NCBI GenBank assembly: GCA_050506795.1
Contig: JBJHCF010000005.1
Coordinates: 64,001 to 128,000 of the forward strand
Length of the DNA stretch: 64,000 bases
Direction of reading: 5' to 3'
Source: Opitutia bacterium
GTDB taxonomy: Bacteria; Verrucomicrobiota; Verrucomicrobiia; Opitutales; T3Sed10-336
This document shows, one piece after another, positions 22,149 to 31,363 of this stretch. The position numbers were made by a program, and so were the translations under genes. The first letter of the stretch is position 1. Every line of letters begins with the position of its first letter. Below the pieces are notes generated by a model. The model saw only the letters and a program-made list of their open reading frames with translations. It had not been told where the DNA came from and made no database searches.

Positions 22149-22351
22149 AAGTCACGATCGACCGCAAAGCGGACGCCCTCTACCTGAACCTCGAAGACGC
22201 ACCCGCTGCCAGGACCGAGGAAATCTCACCGGGAATTCTCCTGGACTACAACGAGGCCGGCCAGGTGGTCGGCATCGAAATGCTGCACCTTTCGAAACGG
22301 ACCAACCCCGCCGGTCTTGCCCGGATGCAATTGGAAAATCTTGAAGCGTAA
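22145..22351 (+). CDS. DUF2283-family putative antitoxin
   Basis: MKVTIDRKADALYL, ILLDYNEAGQVVGIEML. Confidence 0.88.
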   Translation: MKVTIDRKADALYLNLEDAPAARTEEISPGILLDYNEAGQVVGIEMLHLSKRTNPAGLARMQLENLEA

Positions 22352-22360
22352 GTTGAGTTG

Positions 22361-22477
22361 ATGCCTGTTCCATCTCCAGTCGCTCCCAATCCGGCGGTGC
22401 TCCTGTGGGCGCGGAGGGAAAGCGGTTATCCCGTCGAGACGGTGGCGAAGCGGCTCCGGGTGAAGCCCGAGAGCTGA
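22361..22477 (+). pseudogene. Truncated XRE helix-turn-helix gene (N-terminus resembling XRE-ImmA/IrrE fusions)
   Basis: Hand translation MPVPSPVAPNPAVLLWARRESGYPVETVAKRLRVKPES*; stops mid-HTH and is followed by AT-rich DNA. Confidence 0.6.
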
Positions 22478-22650
22478 AATCCTGATCATTATCCTATTTG
22501 ATTGGAGCCGGAAGAGAGTGAGCAAAAGTTTCATAAAGTATTATTCAACAGCGACATGCTTATTTGATGGTTATTTGATTCTGCCTTGATCCAGGATTTG
22601 AATCGCCTGGAGATGGGTCAAATCGCCCTGTTTTACAAAAGTTAACTAAA

Positions 22651-24153
22651 ATGACCACCGATTCCATCGTTTCCAAAGTCTGGAGCTTCTGCACGACCCT
22701 TCGGGATGACGGGGTGAGTTACGGGGATTATCTCGAACAGCTCACCTACCTGATCTTCCTCAAGATGGCCGACGAGTACAGCCGGGCGCCCTACAATCGG
22801 GAGGTCGGCATTCCGAAGAAGTATGGCTGGCCCGCCCTGCGGAACCTGAAGGGGGCGGAATTGGAGACGCGTTACGTCGAGACTCTCCGGGAGTTGGGAA
22901 CCCGGAAGGGGCTTCTCGGGCAGATTTTCACCAAGGCCCAGAACAAGATCCAGGACCCGGCCAAGCTGTCCCGGCTGATCGAGATGGTGGACAGCACCAA
23001 GTGGGTGGTCATGGGGGCCGACACCAAGGGAGACATTTACGAAGGGCTCCTCGAACGGAACGCCGAGGACACCAAGTCCGGCGCCGGACAGTACTTCACT
23101 CCGCGCGCCCTCATCCGGGCCATGGTTGAATGCGTCGCCCCCGAGCCCGGAAAAACCATCGCCGATCCGGCCTGCGGGACCGGCGGCTTTTTCCTGGCGG
23201 CTTACGACTACCTCGTCTCCCACCACAACCTCGACCGCAACCAGAAGAAGTTCCTGAAGCACAAATGTTTTTCCGGCAATGAGATCGTGGCTAATACCCG
23301 GCGTCTTTGCCTGATGAACCTCTTCCTTCACAATATCGGGGAGATCGACGGCGAAAGTCTGGTGTCACCCGCCGACGCCCTCGTCGCGGACACGGGCGCC
23401 CGTTTCGATTACGTGCTGGCCAATCCGCCCTTCGGGAAGAAGAGCAGCATGACCTTCACCAACGAAGAGGGGGAACAGGAGCGGGACGAACTCACCTACA
23501 ATCGTCAGGACTTCTGGGCGACCACTTCCAACAAACAGGTCAACTTCCTCCAGCACATCCGCACGATGCTCAAGACGACCGGCGAAGCCGCCGTTGTCAT
23601 GCCGGACAACGTCCTCTTCGAAGGCGGCGCGGGAGAAACCGTCCGGAAGAAACTGCTCGAAACCACCGACCTCCACACCATCCTCCGCCTCCCAACCGGG
23701 ATTTTTTACGCCAACGGCGTCAAGGCGAACGTCCTGTTCTTCGAAAACCATCCCGCCAGCAAAGACCCCTGGACCAGGGAAGTCTGGTACTACGACTACC
23801 GCACCAACGTCCACCACACCCTCAAGCGCAAAACCATGCGCTTCGAAGACCTCCAGGACTTCATCCGGTGTTTCAATCCAAACAACCGCCACAAACGCAA
23901 AGAAACCTGGCATCCCGAGAAAAACCCGGCCGGCCGCTGGCGCAAGTTCAGCTACGAAGAAATCATCTCCCGCGACAAAACCAGCCTCGACATCTTCTGG
24001 CTCAAAGACGACAGCCTCGCCGACCTCGACAACCTCCCCGACCCCGAAATCCTCGCCCAGGAAATCATCGACAACGTGGAATCGGGGTTGGAGAATTTGA
24101 GGACTGTGGCGGCGAGATTGAGTGGCTCCGGGCAAGCGGCGGCACCACTGTGA
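22651..24153 (+). CDS. hsdM: Type I R-M m6A methyltransferase subunit
   Basis: YLEQLTYLIFLKM, GQYFTPR, DPACGTGGF, ANPPFG, LRLPTGIFY. Confidence 0.95.
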   Translation: MTTDSIVSKVWSFCTTLRDDGVSYGDYLEQLTYLIFLKMADEYSRAPYNREVGIPKKYGWPALRNLKGAELETRYVETLRELGTRKGLLGQIFTKAQNKIQDPAKLSRLIEMVDSTKWVVMGADTKGDIYEGLLERNAEDTKSGAGQYFTPRALIRAMVECVAPEPGKTIADPACGTGGFFLAAYDYLVSHHNLDRNQKKFLKHKCFSGNEIVANTRRLCLMNLFLHNIGEIDGESLVSPADALVADTGARFDYVLANPPFGKKSSMTFTNEEGEQERDELTYNRQDFWATTSNKQVNFLQHIRTMLKTTGEAAVVMPDNVLFEGGAGETVRKKLLETTDLHTILRLPTGIFYANGVKANVLFFENHPASKDPWTREVWYYDYRTNVHHTLKRKTMRFEDLQDFIRCFNPNNRHKRKETWHPEKNPAGRWRKFSYEEIISRDKTSLDIFWLKDDSLADLDNLPDPEILAQEIIDNVESGLENLRTVAARLSGSGQAAAPL

Positions 24154-24283
24154 TCCCTGAGGCGACGAGAGAAATGAAATCGAAATCAAGCAGGAAGCCG
24201 AAGATCCGCAAGAAGATTGAATCTTCAGACGGCTTGCTTTTACAGTAAATTGAACTCAAAAATCAGCCAACAATGGAATCAAG

Positions 24284-25297
24284 ATGATTAAGAGCGTTGA
24301 GATCAAGAACTACAGATCGTTTCAAAACGCCACTGTAGAACTGGCCCCCTTTTCATTGCTCATCGGTCCAAACGGAGCCGGTAAGAGCAACTTCCTGAAG
24401 TTTATATCTGATGTAACTGATATTGATCTGCGTGCACGCCGGAACGTACAAGACAAACGCATTCTATTCAGGAAGTCATGGCCAAAGCACATCAATCTTC
24501 GCGATCAGTCCGCTTCGTTCCGAATCACCTGGGACGACGGGTCCGTTTATGAAGGCGATGAGAAGGGTATCGTTGAGGATTCGACGTTTTCCTTCACGCC
24601 TGGAACGATCCGGGTTTTCAATCTTGATCCGGCAGCCATAGCTGGCTCGGAGAAGATCGTGCCCAAAGCGGAAGTCCAAGCGAACGGAAGCGGTACCGCT
24701 CAAGTGCTGGATGTTCTCAAGGGCGGAGATCGCGAGGATCTGTTCAATGCGATCGAAACCAATCTAAAAGCCTGTGTCCCGGAGATCGAGAAACTCAGTT
24801 TGAACTCCACAAAGGAGGGGCAGAAACAAATTCAGGTTCGCGAACGTGGCATCGCCTTACCGGTACCCGCGCACCAGCTCTCCGAGGGGACGCGCTTGAT
24901 CCTTGCGGTCTTGACGATTATTCACCAAGAAAATCCTCCGCCTGTGATTCTATTGGAGGATGTGGATCGCGGTATGCACCCGAGGATCTTCGAAAGCATG
25001 GCGGAGCTGATGGAGAAGATTGCCAGAAAGAGCAATGTCACAATTGTCGCAACCACACACAACCCGTACCTTGTGGATTGTTTTGGCGAAAAACGTGATT
25101 CGGTGATTTTGGTTGAGAAGAAGGATGCCGCGACAGCGCTTTCGACCCTGGAGGAACGCCTTCGCACAATCGATTATACTAACGCCGATGCCGAGGATAT
25201 GCCCCTGGGAAATCTCTGGTTTACCGGATTGGTCGGAGGTGTTCCTGAGTTCCTGAAACCCCGAAAAAGAGATGAAAATCTTATACCTCCTGGCTGA
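24284..25297 (+). CDS. ABC-type ATPase (AAA_15/AAA_21 family)
   Basis: IKNYRSF, GPNGAGKS, LSEGT signature, ILLEDVDRGMHP, ATTHNP, LGNLWFTGLVGGVP tail. Confidence 0.88.
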   Translation: MIKSVEIKNYRSFQNATVELAPFSLLIGPNGAGKSNFLKFISDVTDIDLRARRNVQDKRILFRKSWPKHINLRDQSASFRITWDDGSVYEGDEKGIVEDSTFSFTPGTIRVFNLDPAAIAGSEKIVPKAEVQANGSGTAQVLDVLKGGDREDLFNAIETNLKACVPEIEKLSLNSTKEGQKQIQVRERGIALPVPAHQLSEGTRLILAVLTIIHQENPPPVILLEDVDRGMHPRIFESMAELMEKIARKSNVTIVATTHNPYLVDCFGEKRDSVILVEKKDAATALSTLEERLRTIDYTNADAEDMPLGNLWFTGLVGGVPEFLKPRKRDENLIPPG

Positions 25298-25952
25298 ATC
25301 AGACGCCGACGAACTTTTCTTTGAAGCTGTTGCCGAACGAATAACCGGCTTTTCATTTACTCTTGCGGAGTGCCGGGTTCGCAGGAATCAGGGATACGCT
25401 GCTGTCCGCGTAGCGGTTAAGCTGTTTCTTCAGACGATTCAACGCTCGACCGCGGATGGGAATACACACTTTATCATCAGTGTTGATAACGACCGTGCGC
25501 CTCATCGGTGGGAGGACGAGCAGTCCCGTCGCAATCTTTCCTCCAATGACCAGCGAAAGGAAGATAGGTATCAGCGATTTGAGGGTGAGATGCATCGTGT
25601 TCTCGGCGAGGACCGGAGCGCTTGGAATGCGAAAGGAGCCTTGGCCATACCGATTGAGATGGTGGAGGCATGGCTGCTTTTGGCGAATAATCCAGACGAG
25701 TTTGACGACCTACCGCGATTTGCTCGGTCAAGCGATCCGTCCGCACGTCAGTTTTATCGCTCTCATACCCCGCCGCCGCAACTCAAGGATCAGGTGAAGC
25801 TCCTTATGGCGGAGCGGAACTGCTCAAGTCGTCCGGAGTTTTTCGTTGATTGTGCCCATGAGTTGAATCCTGAACAACTCGCGGAGCGGTCACCCAGTTT
25901 CCGCTATTTTCACGACCAACTCAGAGGTTGGGTCGAACAAGATTACGATTGA
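25272..25952 (+). CDS. TOPRIM-like partner protein (DUF4276/DUF4435-like)
   Basis: LAESDAD, SVDND, EMVEAWLL, SPSF motifs; overlaps the ATPase gene. Confidence 0.6.
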   Translation: MKILYLLAESDADELFFEAVAERITGFSFTLAECRVRRNQGYAAVRVAVKLFLQTIQRSTADGNTHFIISVDNDRAPHRWEDEQSRRNLSSNDQRKEDRYQRFEGEMHRVLGEDRSAWNAKGALAIPIEMVEAWLLLANNPDEFDDLPRFARSSDPSARQFYRSHTPPPQLKDQVKLLMAERNCSSRPEFFVDCAHELNPEQLAERSPSFRYFHDQLRGWVEQDYD

Positions 25953-25955
25953 GCC

Positions 25956-27086
25956 ATGAGCGAGATTTTCCTGATCAACGAAGGCGAAACCCTGGTTCCT
26001 CTGAGACAGAAGGCGTACGACTCGGAGGATCTGCTTCAGACGCTATTGGAGAAGTATCCGAGTCTGCTGGCTGGGGACCAGGTTAATCTGAAGGCGCCGC
26101 GGAGGTGGTTGCTGGTGAAGCGTGAGGCGGCTGTGCCGGGGGAGGAGAAGGGGAGCGGTCGTTGGTCGTTGGACCATTTGTTCCTAGATCAAGAGGGCGT
26201 GCCGACGCTGGTGGAGGTGAAGCGTAGCACTGACACACGGATTCGCCGGGAGGTGGTCGGGCAGTTGCTCGATTACGCCGCCAACGGCGTCAAATACTGG
26301 CCGGTGGAATCGCTCAGGGCATTCTTTGAGCAAACCTGTGAGACGAATGGCACGGAGCCGGCGAGCGTCATTGCCGAGTTGACTGGAAACGATGATGAGG
26401 AGGAGTTTTGGAGGAGCGTGAAGACGAATCTTCAGGCTGGACGAATCCGCATGATTTTCGTCGCTGATGAAATCCCTGATGAGTTGCGCCGTGTGATCGA
26501 GTTTCTCAACGAGCAAATGGACCCGGCGGAAGTGCTCGGGGTTGAAATCAAACAGTTCGCGAACGACACGATTAAAACGCTCGTTCCCCGGCTGATCGGA
26601 TTAACCGCCAATGCGGAGGACCGGAAAACGAGTGGGGGCGGCCGGTCCAGACGGAAATGGGACGAAGACTCGTTTATCGCCTTTCTTGAAGAGATGGGTG
26701 CCGAGGCGGCGGTTCCCACAACAAAGGCGATTCTGGAGTGGGCGGCTGAGAGAGGGCTTCGAATCGCCTGGGGGAGCGGCCCCTCAAATGGATCCTTCTT
26801 CGTGATGTTCGACCGGAAGGGATTTAACTACTACACCTTTGCCGTTTTCACCGGCTACCGGAACCCCTACGTGCAGTTTCAGTTTCAGATGCAAGGTAAT
26901 CAGGTGTCACACGAGCAGCTTCTCGCATTGGTCGACCGGCTGAACCGAATTCCCGGAGTGACGATCACCGAGTCCGATCTCAACAAATACCCCTCCACCC
27001 ATCTGAGCCATCTTGGCGACGAAGAGAATAGGAAGCACTTCCTGGAAGCGTGGGAGTGGTATGTCTCCGAGATTGAGCGAGAGTGA
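25956..27086 (+). CDS. NucS/EndoMS-like PD-(D/E)XK endonuclease with extra C-terminal domain
   Basis: EDLLQ, LDHLFLD..G.PTLVEVK, RREVVGQLLDYA. Confidence 0.7.
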   Translation: MSEIFLINEGETLVPLRQKAYDSEDLLQTLLEKYPSLLAGDQVNLKAPRRWLLVKREAAVPGEEKGSGRWSLDHLFLDQEGVPTLVEVKRSTDTRIRREVVGQLLDYAANGVKYWPVESLRAFFEQTCETNGTEPASVIAELTGNDDEEEFWRSVKTNLQAGRIRMIFVADEIPDELRRVIEFLNEQMDPAEVLGVEIKQFANDTIKTLVPRLIGLTANAEDRKTSGGGRSRRKWDEDSFIAFLEEMGAEAAVPTTKAILEWAAERGLRIAWGSGPSNGSFFVMFDRKGFNYYTFAVFTGYRNPYVQFQFQMQGNQVSHEQLLALVDRLNRIPGVTITESDLNKYPSTHLSHLGDEENRKHFLEAWEWYVSEIERE

Positions 27087-27197
27087 AAACAAGGGCGATT
27101 TGGGGTCTTTGTTACCGGCTTGCTTGGCACACAAGTGGCCATGTTCGTGGGCTGTTTCGGCGGCGTCTTTCACTCGGCCAAGTGGTGACCGGTAAAA

Positions 27198-27677
27198 TTA
27201 CTTTTCCTGAAGCAAACACACCGCGTAGGCGGCGACGGCTTCGCGGCGGCCGGTGGCGTCGACTCCTTCGTTGGTGGTGGCTTTGACTCCCACCTGCTGT
27301 GGGGTGATTCCCATGGATTCCGCCAGGCGGGCGATCATCCGGTCGCGGAATTGGCCAATGCGGGGGGCTTCCGCCACGATGGTGGAGTCCACGTTGACGA
27401 TGGAGAATCCTTCCTCGGCGATCAATTTGGTCACGCGGCGCAGCAGATCCTGCGAGTCGATATCGCGAAAGGCCTCGTCGCTTGGGGGAAAATAATGGCC
27501 GATGTCGGGCAGGCCGGCCGCACCGAGCAGGGCGTCGCAAATGGCGTGCGTCAGGCAGTCCGCATCCGAGTGTCCGAGCAATCCCCGGTCGTGCGGGATT
27601 TCGACTCCGCCGAGGACGAATCGCCGGCCTTCAGCCAGGACGTGCAGATCGTAGCCATGTCCAACGCGCAGATTCAT
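27198..27677 (-). CDS. ispF: 2-C-methyl-D-erythritol 2,4-cyclodiphosphate synthase
   Basis: RVGHGYDLH, LGGVEIP, GHSDAD, DIGHYFP, VKATTNE. Confidence 0.97.
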   Translation of the reverse strand: MNLRVGHGYDLHVLAEGRRFVLGGVEIPHDRGLLGHSDADCLTHAICDALLGAAGLPDIGHYFPPSDEAFRDIDSQDLLRRVTKLIAEEGFSIVNVDSTIVAEAPRIGQFRDRMIARLAESMGITPQQVGVKATTNEGVDATGRREAVAAYAVCLLQEK

Positions 27678-27803
27678 AAAGGCCGCATCATGAGCGGTCC
27701 CCGGGATGGCGGCAAGCACTCGCTGTCAATATTGCCGGCCCGGTTCGAGTTAATAATTTGCCAGGCAAAATAGTGTTGACACTAGGAGTTAGGGCGAACC
27801 GCA

Positions 27804-27994
27804 CTCGGTTAAGGCGGTTTATCGATTGATTAAACCTAATCGAGACGGGATCACGCTTCCCTTTCCTGGAGGGCGGCGCTCCCGCGCCGCCGGTGTGCGG
27901 GCAAGATGCCCGCGCGGCCATGCGGGAGCATGTCCCTCCAGGGGAAGAGCCGATGCGATTCGGCTAAGCTTCTTCGATCAACTCCTTAACCGAG
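27804..27994. repeat. ~190-nt nested inverted-repeat element (6S-like RNA or REPIN/MITE)
   Basis: ctcggttaagg/ccttaaccgag, atcga/tcgat, cctggaggg/ccctccagg, gctcccgc/gcgggagc, gcgggca-aga-tgcccgc. Confidence 0.7.
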
Positions 27995-28042
27995 CTCCAT
28001 TCGGGTTAGGGCGTGGGTCGCGGCGGCGGACAAATGGGCTTA

Positions 28043-28780
28043 TCATCCTGGCGTTTCCAGCAGGAAGCGCAGGTAGGGAAGGTCGCGGGGGGTGGTGAGT
28101 TTGGGGTTGGGGTGGCGGTTTTCGAGCAGAGATATGGGGTGGCCGAGTGCGGTTACGGCGGCCAGGTCATCGGTGAGCGGCAGGTTTTTTTCCCGAGCTT
28201 GCTGGTAGGCATGGTTGATGAGGTCGCGTTGGAAAACCTGAGGGGTTTCCGTCGCCCAAAGCCGGTCGCGCTCGAGGTCCACGGGATGGAGGTGTTCGGG
28301 CTGTTTGACGGGTGTCTCGACTTGTTTGATGGTGTCGGTGACCCGGCGAGCGAGCCCGACGGCCCCGTCGCGCAGGGCCAGGCGAGTGAGTTTTTCCAGA
28401 TTATCCCGGTAGACCAATGGCCGCGCCAGGTCGTGGATAAACACCAGACGGGCCTTGCCGGGAACGGCCCGGAGTCCGTGCGCTACGGAATCGCGGCGGG
28501 TCTCGCCGCCAACGGCCCAGCGCAGGCGTCCGGTATCCTGGGTAAGGTCTTCGGGCAACGCTTCTTCGATCCTGGTTTTCTGGGCCTGGTCACGGTGGAC
28601 CAAAACAATCCATCGTACCGGGAGGTATCGGGCGAATACGTCGAGGGCGTAGCGAAATAGCGGGAGGCCGTGAATCGGTTCCAGGACCTTGTCGGAAAAG
28701 CTGTTTCCCATCCTGAGCCCCCGGCCTCCGGCGAGCAGGATGACCGCATCCCGGGCCGGCTCGATGGAAGGCGTCGTCAA
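28043..28780 (-). CDS. ispD: 2-C-methyl-D-erythritol 4-phosphate cytidylyltransferase
   Basis: LLAGGRGLRM, GGETRRDSV, IHDLARP, DTIK, ETPQVF, TDD, KLTTPRDL. Confidence 0.94.
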   Translation of the reverse strand: MTTPSIEPARDAVILLAGGRGLRMGNSFSDKVLEPIHGLPLFRYALDVFARYLPVRWIVLVHRDQAQKTRIEEALPEDLTQDTGRLRWAVGGETRRDSVAHGLRAVPGKARLVFIHDLARPLVYRDNLEKLTRLALRDGAVGLARRVTDTIKQVETPVKQPEHLHPVDLERDRLWATETPQVFQRDLINHAYQQAREKNLPLTDDLAAVTALGHPISLLENRHPNPKLTTPRDLPYLRFLLETPG

Positions 28781-29466
28781 CTGAGTTCCTCCTGGATGGC
28801 GGCCAGAACCTCAGCCGGGCGAGAGGCCCGCAAAAGGGGGCGGCCGACGACGATATAGTTTGCTCCCGCCCGACCGGCGTCCGCCGGAGAGGTGACTCGT
28901 TTCTGTTCGTCGGTTTCCGTCCCGCCGGGGCGAACGCCCGGAGTGACCAGAAGGGCTTCGTTGCCCAATTCCTGGCGAAGCATGGCCGTTTCCAGCGGTG
29001 AGCAGACGAATCCCTTGATGCCGTTTTCCGCGGCCATACGGGCGAGCCGGCGAACCTGTTCCCGCGGCGTACGGTCGAAGCCGATGGCGCGCATTTCGTG
29101 GTCGTCGAGCGAAGTCAGGACGGTTACCGCCAGCAGACGAAGGCCCGAAGTCTGTTCGCGACAGGCCTGTTCCGCCTGCCGTAGCATTTCGGGCCCGCCC
29201 GAAGCATGCACGGTCAGAAGCTGGATGGGGAGGTTGCCCAGCGATTGAATCGCCCTGGCCACGGTGTTGGGAATGTCGTGCAGTTTGAGATCGAGAAAAA
29301 CCGAGTAACCTTTGGCGGCCACCTCTTCCACCAGGGCGGGACCGTAGCGGGTGAAAAGCTGGAGGCCGATCTTGACCCACTTCAGATCCGGTCCGATACG
29401 GTCCAGAACGGAAAATGCTTCATCGCGGGAAGGGACATCAAGGGCCAGTATGACTTCAGTTTTCAT
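28777..29466 (-). CDS. pyrF: Orotidine-5'-phosphate decarboxylase
   Basis: ILALD, FLDLKLHDIPNTV, VTVLTS, VTPGVR, IVVGRP. Confidence 0.97.
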   Translation of the reverse strand: MKTEVILALDVPSRDEAFSVLDRIGPDLKWVKIGLQLFTRYGPALVEEVAAKGYSVFLDLKLHDIPNTVARAIQSLGNLPIQLLTVHASGGPEMLRQAEQACREQTSGLRLLAVTVLTSLDDHEMRAIGFDRTPREQVRRLARMAAENGIKGFVCSPLETAMLRQELGNEALLVTPGVRPGGTETDEQKRVTSPADAGRAGANYIVVGRPLLRASRPAEVLAAIQEELS

Positions 29467-29660
29467 TGTCTCAGGTGTTGGGCTCGGTTGCGCGGTAAAT
29501 GGTTCAAGCCATTATCCCATTCATATTCGGAGGCAGGTCAAGTGTGCGGGTCCGGGGAAGCGACCCGGTCCGGGGTCGAATTAATCCGGTCGCGAGATGT
29601 GTCGAAGCCGTGGCCCCGGAGGCGCGGTTCACGGCTTTGATCCGCGTTTCTCAGTGAGGA

Positions 29661-29690
29661 ATCTCAAATTTGAAATTCTAGATCTGAAAT
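29661..29690. repeat. Degenerate heptamer tandem repeat in the pyrF/purH divergent region
   Basis: atctcaa atttgaa attctag atctgaa at. Confidence 0.5.
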
Positions 29691-29798
29691 GCTTTTTCAT
29701 ACGGCCTTCAGAGGCCCAGTGAAAAAGCCGCGGGCGGGGATTGGATTTTGATGAGTTTGGTGGACTTGTCCGGTGCAAGGTTCTAAAAGAAGCGCGTT

Positions 29799-31343
29799 AT
29801 GGAAAAATACGCACTTCTCTCCGTCAGCGACAAACGCGGCCTGGTGGAATTCGCTTCCGCTTTGGTGGAAACGTTTGGCTACCGGCTGCTCTCCACCGGA
29901 GGAACCGCCCGTTTGCTGCGGGAAAAGGGCTTGCCGGTGCAGGAGGTGAGCGAGCATACCGGCGCCCCCGAGATCATGGACGGGCGGGTGAAAACCTTGC
30001 ATCCCAAGATTCACGGGGGCCTTTTGTGTCGGCGGAGCGACGAGCGTCACCGCAAAGAGGCGGAGGAAAACGGTATTTCCATGATCGACCTGGTGGTGGT
30101 GAACCTTTACCCGTTCGAGGAAACGGTGGCCCGGTCGGGCGTCACCTGGGACGAGGCCATCGAGAACATCGACATCGGAGGCCCGTCCATGCTGCGCAGC
30201 GCGGCGAAGAACCATGAAAGCGTGATGGTGCTCTGCGATCCCGAAGACTACCCGCGGGCTTTGGCGGCGTTCGAAGGGGGCGAGGATCTGGGCGCCTTGC
30301 GGCGGGATCTGGCCCGCAAGGTTTTTGAGCGAACGGCTTCCTATGACCGGGCGATCGCCGAGTATTTTTCCAGGGAGAACGGCACCCCGGATCTGGGCGA
30401 GGTGGCCGGCTTTCCGTCGCGATTGGAACTGGCTCTTCCCAAAGCGGCCGACCTGCGCTATGGCGAAAACCCGCATCAAAAGGCCGCCCTTTACGGCCGG
30501 TTTTTCGAGCATTTCGAGCAGCTTCAGGGCAAGGAGCTCAGCTATAACAACATCATCGATATCACGGCCGCGGTTCACCTTATCGGGGAGTTCCAGCCTC
30601 CGACCGTGGCGATTCTCAAGCACACCAATCCCTGCGGCGTAGCCAGCGCCGGATCGTTGGCCGAAGCCTGGGATCAGGCTTACGCGACCGACCGGCAGGC
30701 GCCGTTCGGCGGGATTATCGCGGTAAACCAGACCGTCGACGCCGCCCTGGCGGAAAAAATCAGCGAGATATTCTCGGAGGTGATCATCGCCCCGGGCTTT
30801 TCACCCGAGGCGAGGGAACGCTTCGGTAAAAAGAAGAACCTGCGCCTGATGGTGGCTCGCGGCGGGATTGGCGGCGAGGCTTTGTTCGAGATACGCAGCG
30901 TGATCGGCGGTGTATTGATGCAGGATGCCGACCTGCAGCCGATGGGAGGGGATTTCCAGGTGGTGACCCGGCGTCAGCCGACGGAAGAAGAGTGGAAGGC
31001 GCTGCATTTTGGCTGGAAGGTAGTCAAACACGTTAAATCCAACGCCATCGTGTACGCCGCGGCGGAACGCACCCTGGGGGTGGGCGCCGGGCAGATGTCG
31101 CGGGTGGACAGTTCCAAGATCGCGGTTTGGAAGGCGGGGGAAGCCGGGTTGTCCCTGGATGGGTCGGTGGTGGCCTCCGACGCCTTTTTCCCATTCCCGG
31201 ACGGCTTGATCGCGGCCGCCGAGGCCGGTTCCACCGCGGCCATTCAGCCCGGCGGGTCCAAGCGTGACAACGAAGTCATCGCGGCGGCGGACGAAAGAGG
31301 GGTGGCGATGGTGTTCACGGGGAAACGGCATTTCCGTCATTGA
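29799..31343 (+). CDS. purH: Bifunctional AICAR transformylase/IMP cyclohydrolase
   Basis: [43 protein letters not shown]. Confidence 0.98.
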   Translation: MEKYALLSVSDKRGLVEFASALVETFGYRLLSTGGTARLLREKGLPVQEVSEHTGAPEIMDGRVKTLHPKIHGGLLCRRSDERHRKEAEENGISMIDLVVVNLYPFEETVARSGVTWDEAIENIDIGGPSMLRSAAKNHESVMVLCDPEDYPRALAAFEGGEDLGALRRDLARKVFERTASYDRAIAEYFSRENGTPDLGEVAGFPSRLELALPKAADLRYGENPHQKAALYGRFFEHFEQLQGKELSYNNIIDITAAVHLIGEFQPPTVAILKHTNPCGVASAGSLAEAWDQAYATDRQAPFGGIIAVNQTVDAALAEKISEIFSEVIIAPGFSPEARERFGKKKNLRLMVARGGIGGEALFEIRSVIGGVLMQDADLQPMGGDFQVVTRRQPTEEEWKALHFGWKVVKHVKSNAIVYAAAERTLGVGAGQMSRVDSSKIAVWKAGEAGLSLDGSVVASDAFFPFPDGLIAAAEAGSTAAIQPGGSKRDNEVIAAADERGVAMVFTGKRHFRH

Positions 31344-31363
31344 GCCCGGCAATCGCAGCCGGG

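Larger units (their letters stand above)
17308..27190. mobile_element. tRNA-anchored defence island (no integrase seen)
   Basis: Eight co-oriented defence-type genes directly after the tRNA 3' end, with patchy base composition, interrupting housekeeping genes (clpP...ispF). Confidence 0.6.

Noticed and set aside
24150..24248. Tiny basic ORF after hsdM (MKSKSSRKPKIRKKIESSDGLLLQ)
   Set aside because: Too short to assign; may be a gene remnant but I cannot support it
27087..27197. attR, or a sigma-54-like TGGCACACAAGTGGC, at the right island edge
   Set aside because: No real match to the tRNA 3' end, and the motif points into the end of a convergent gene
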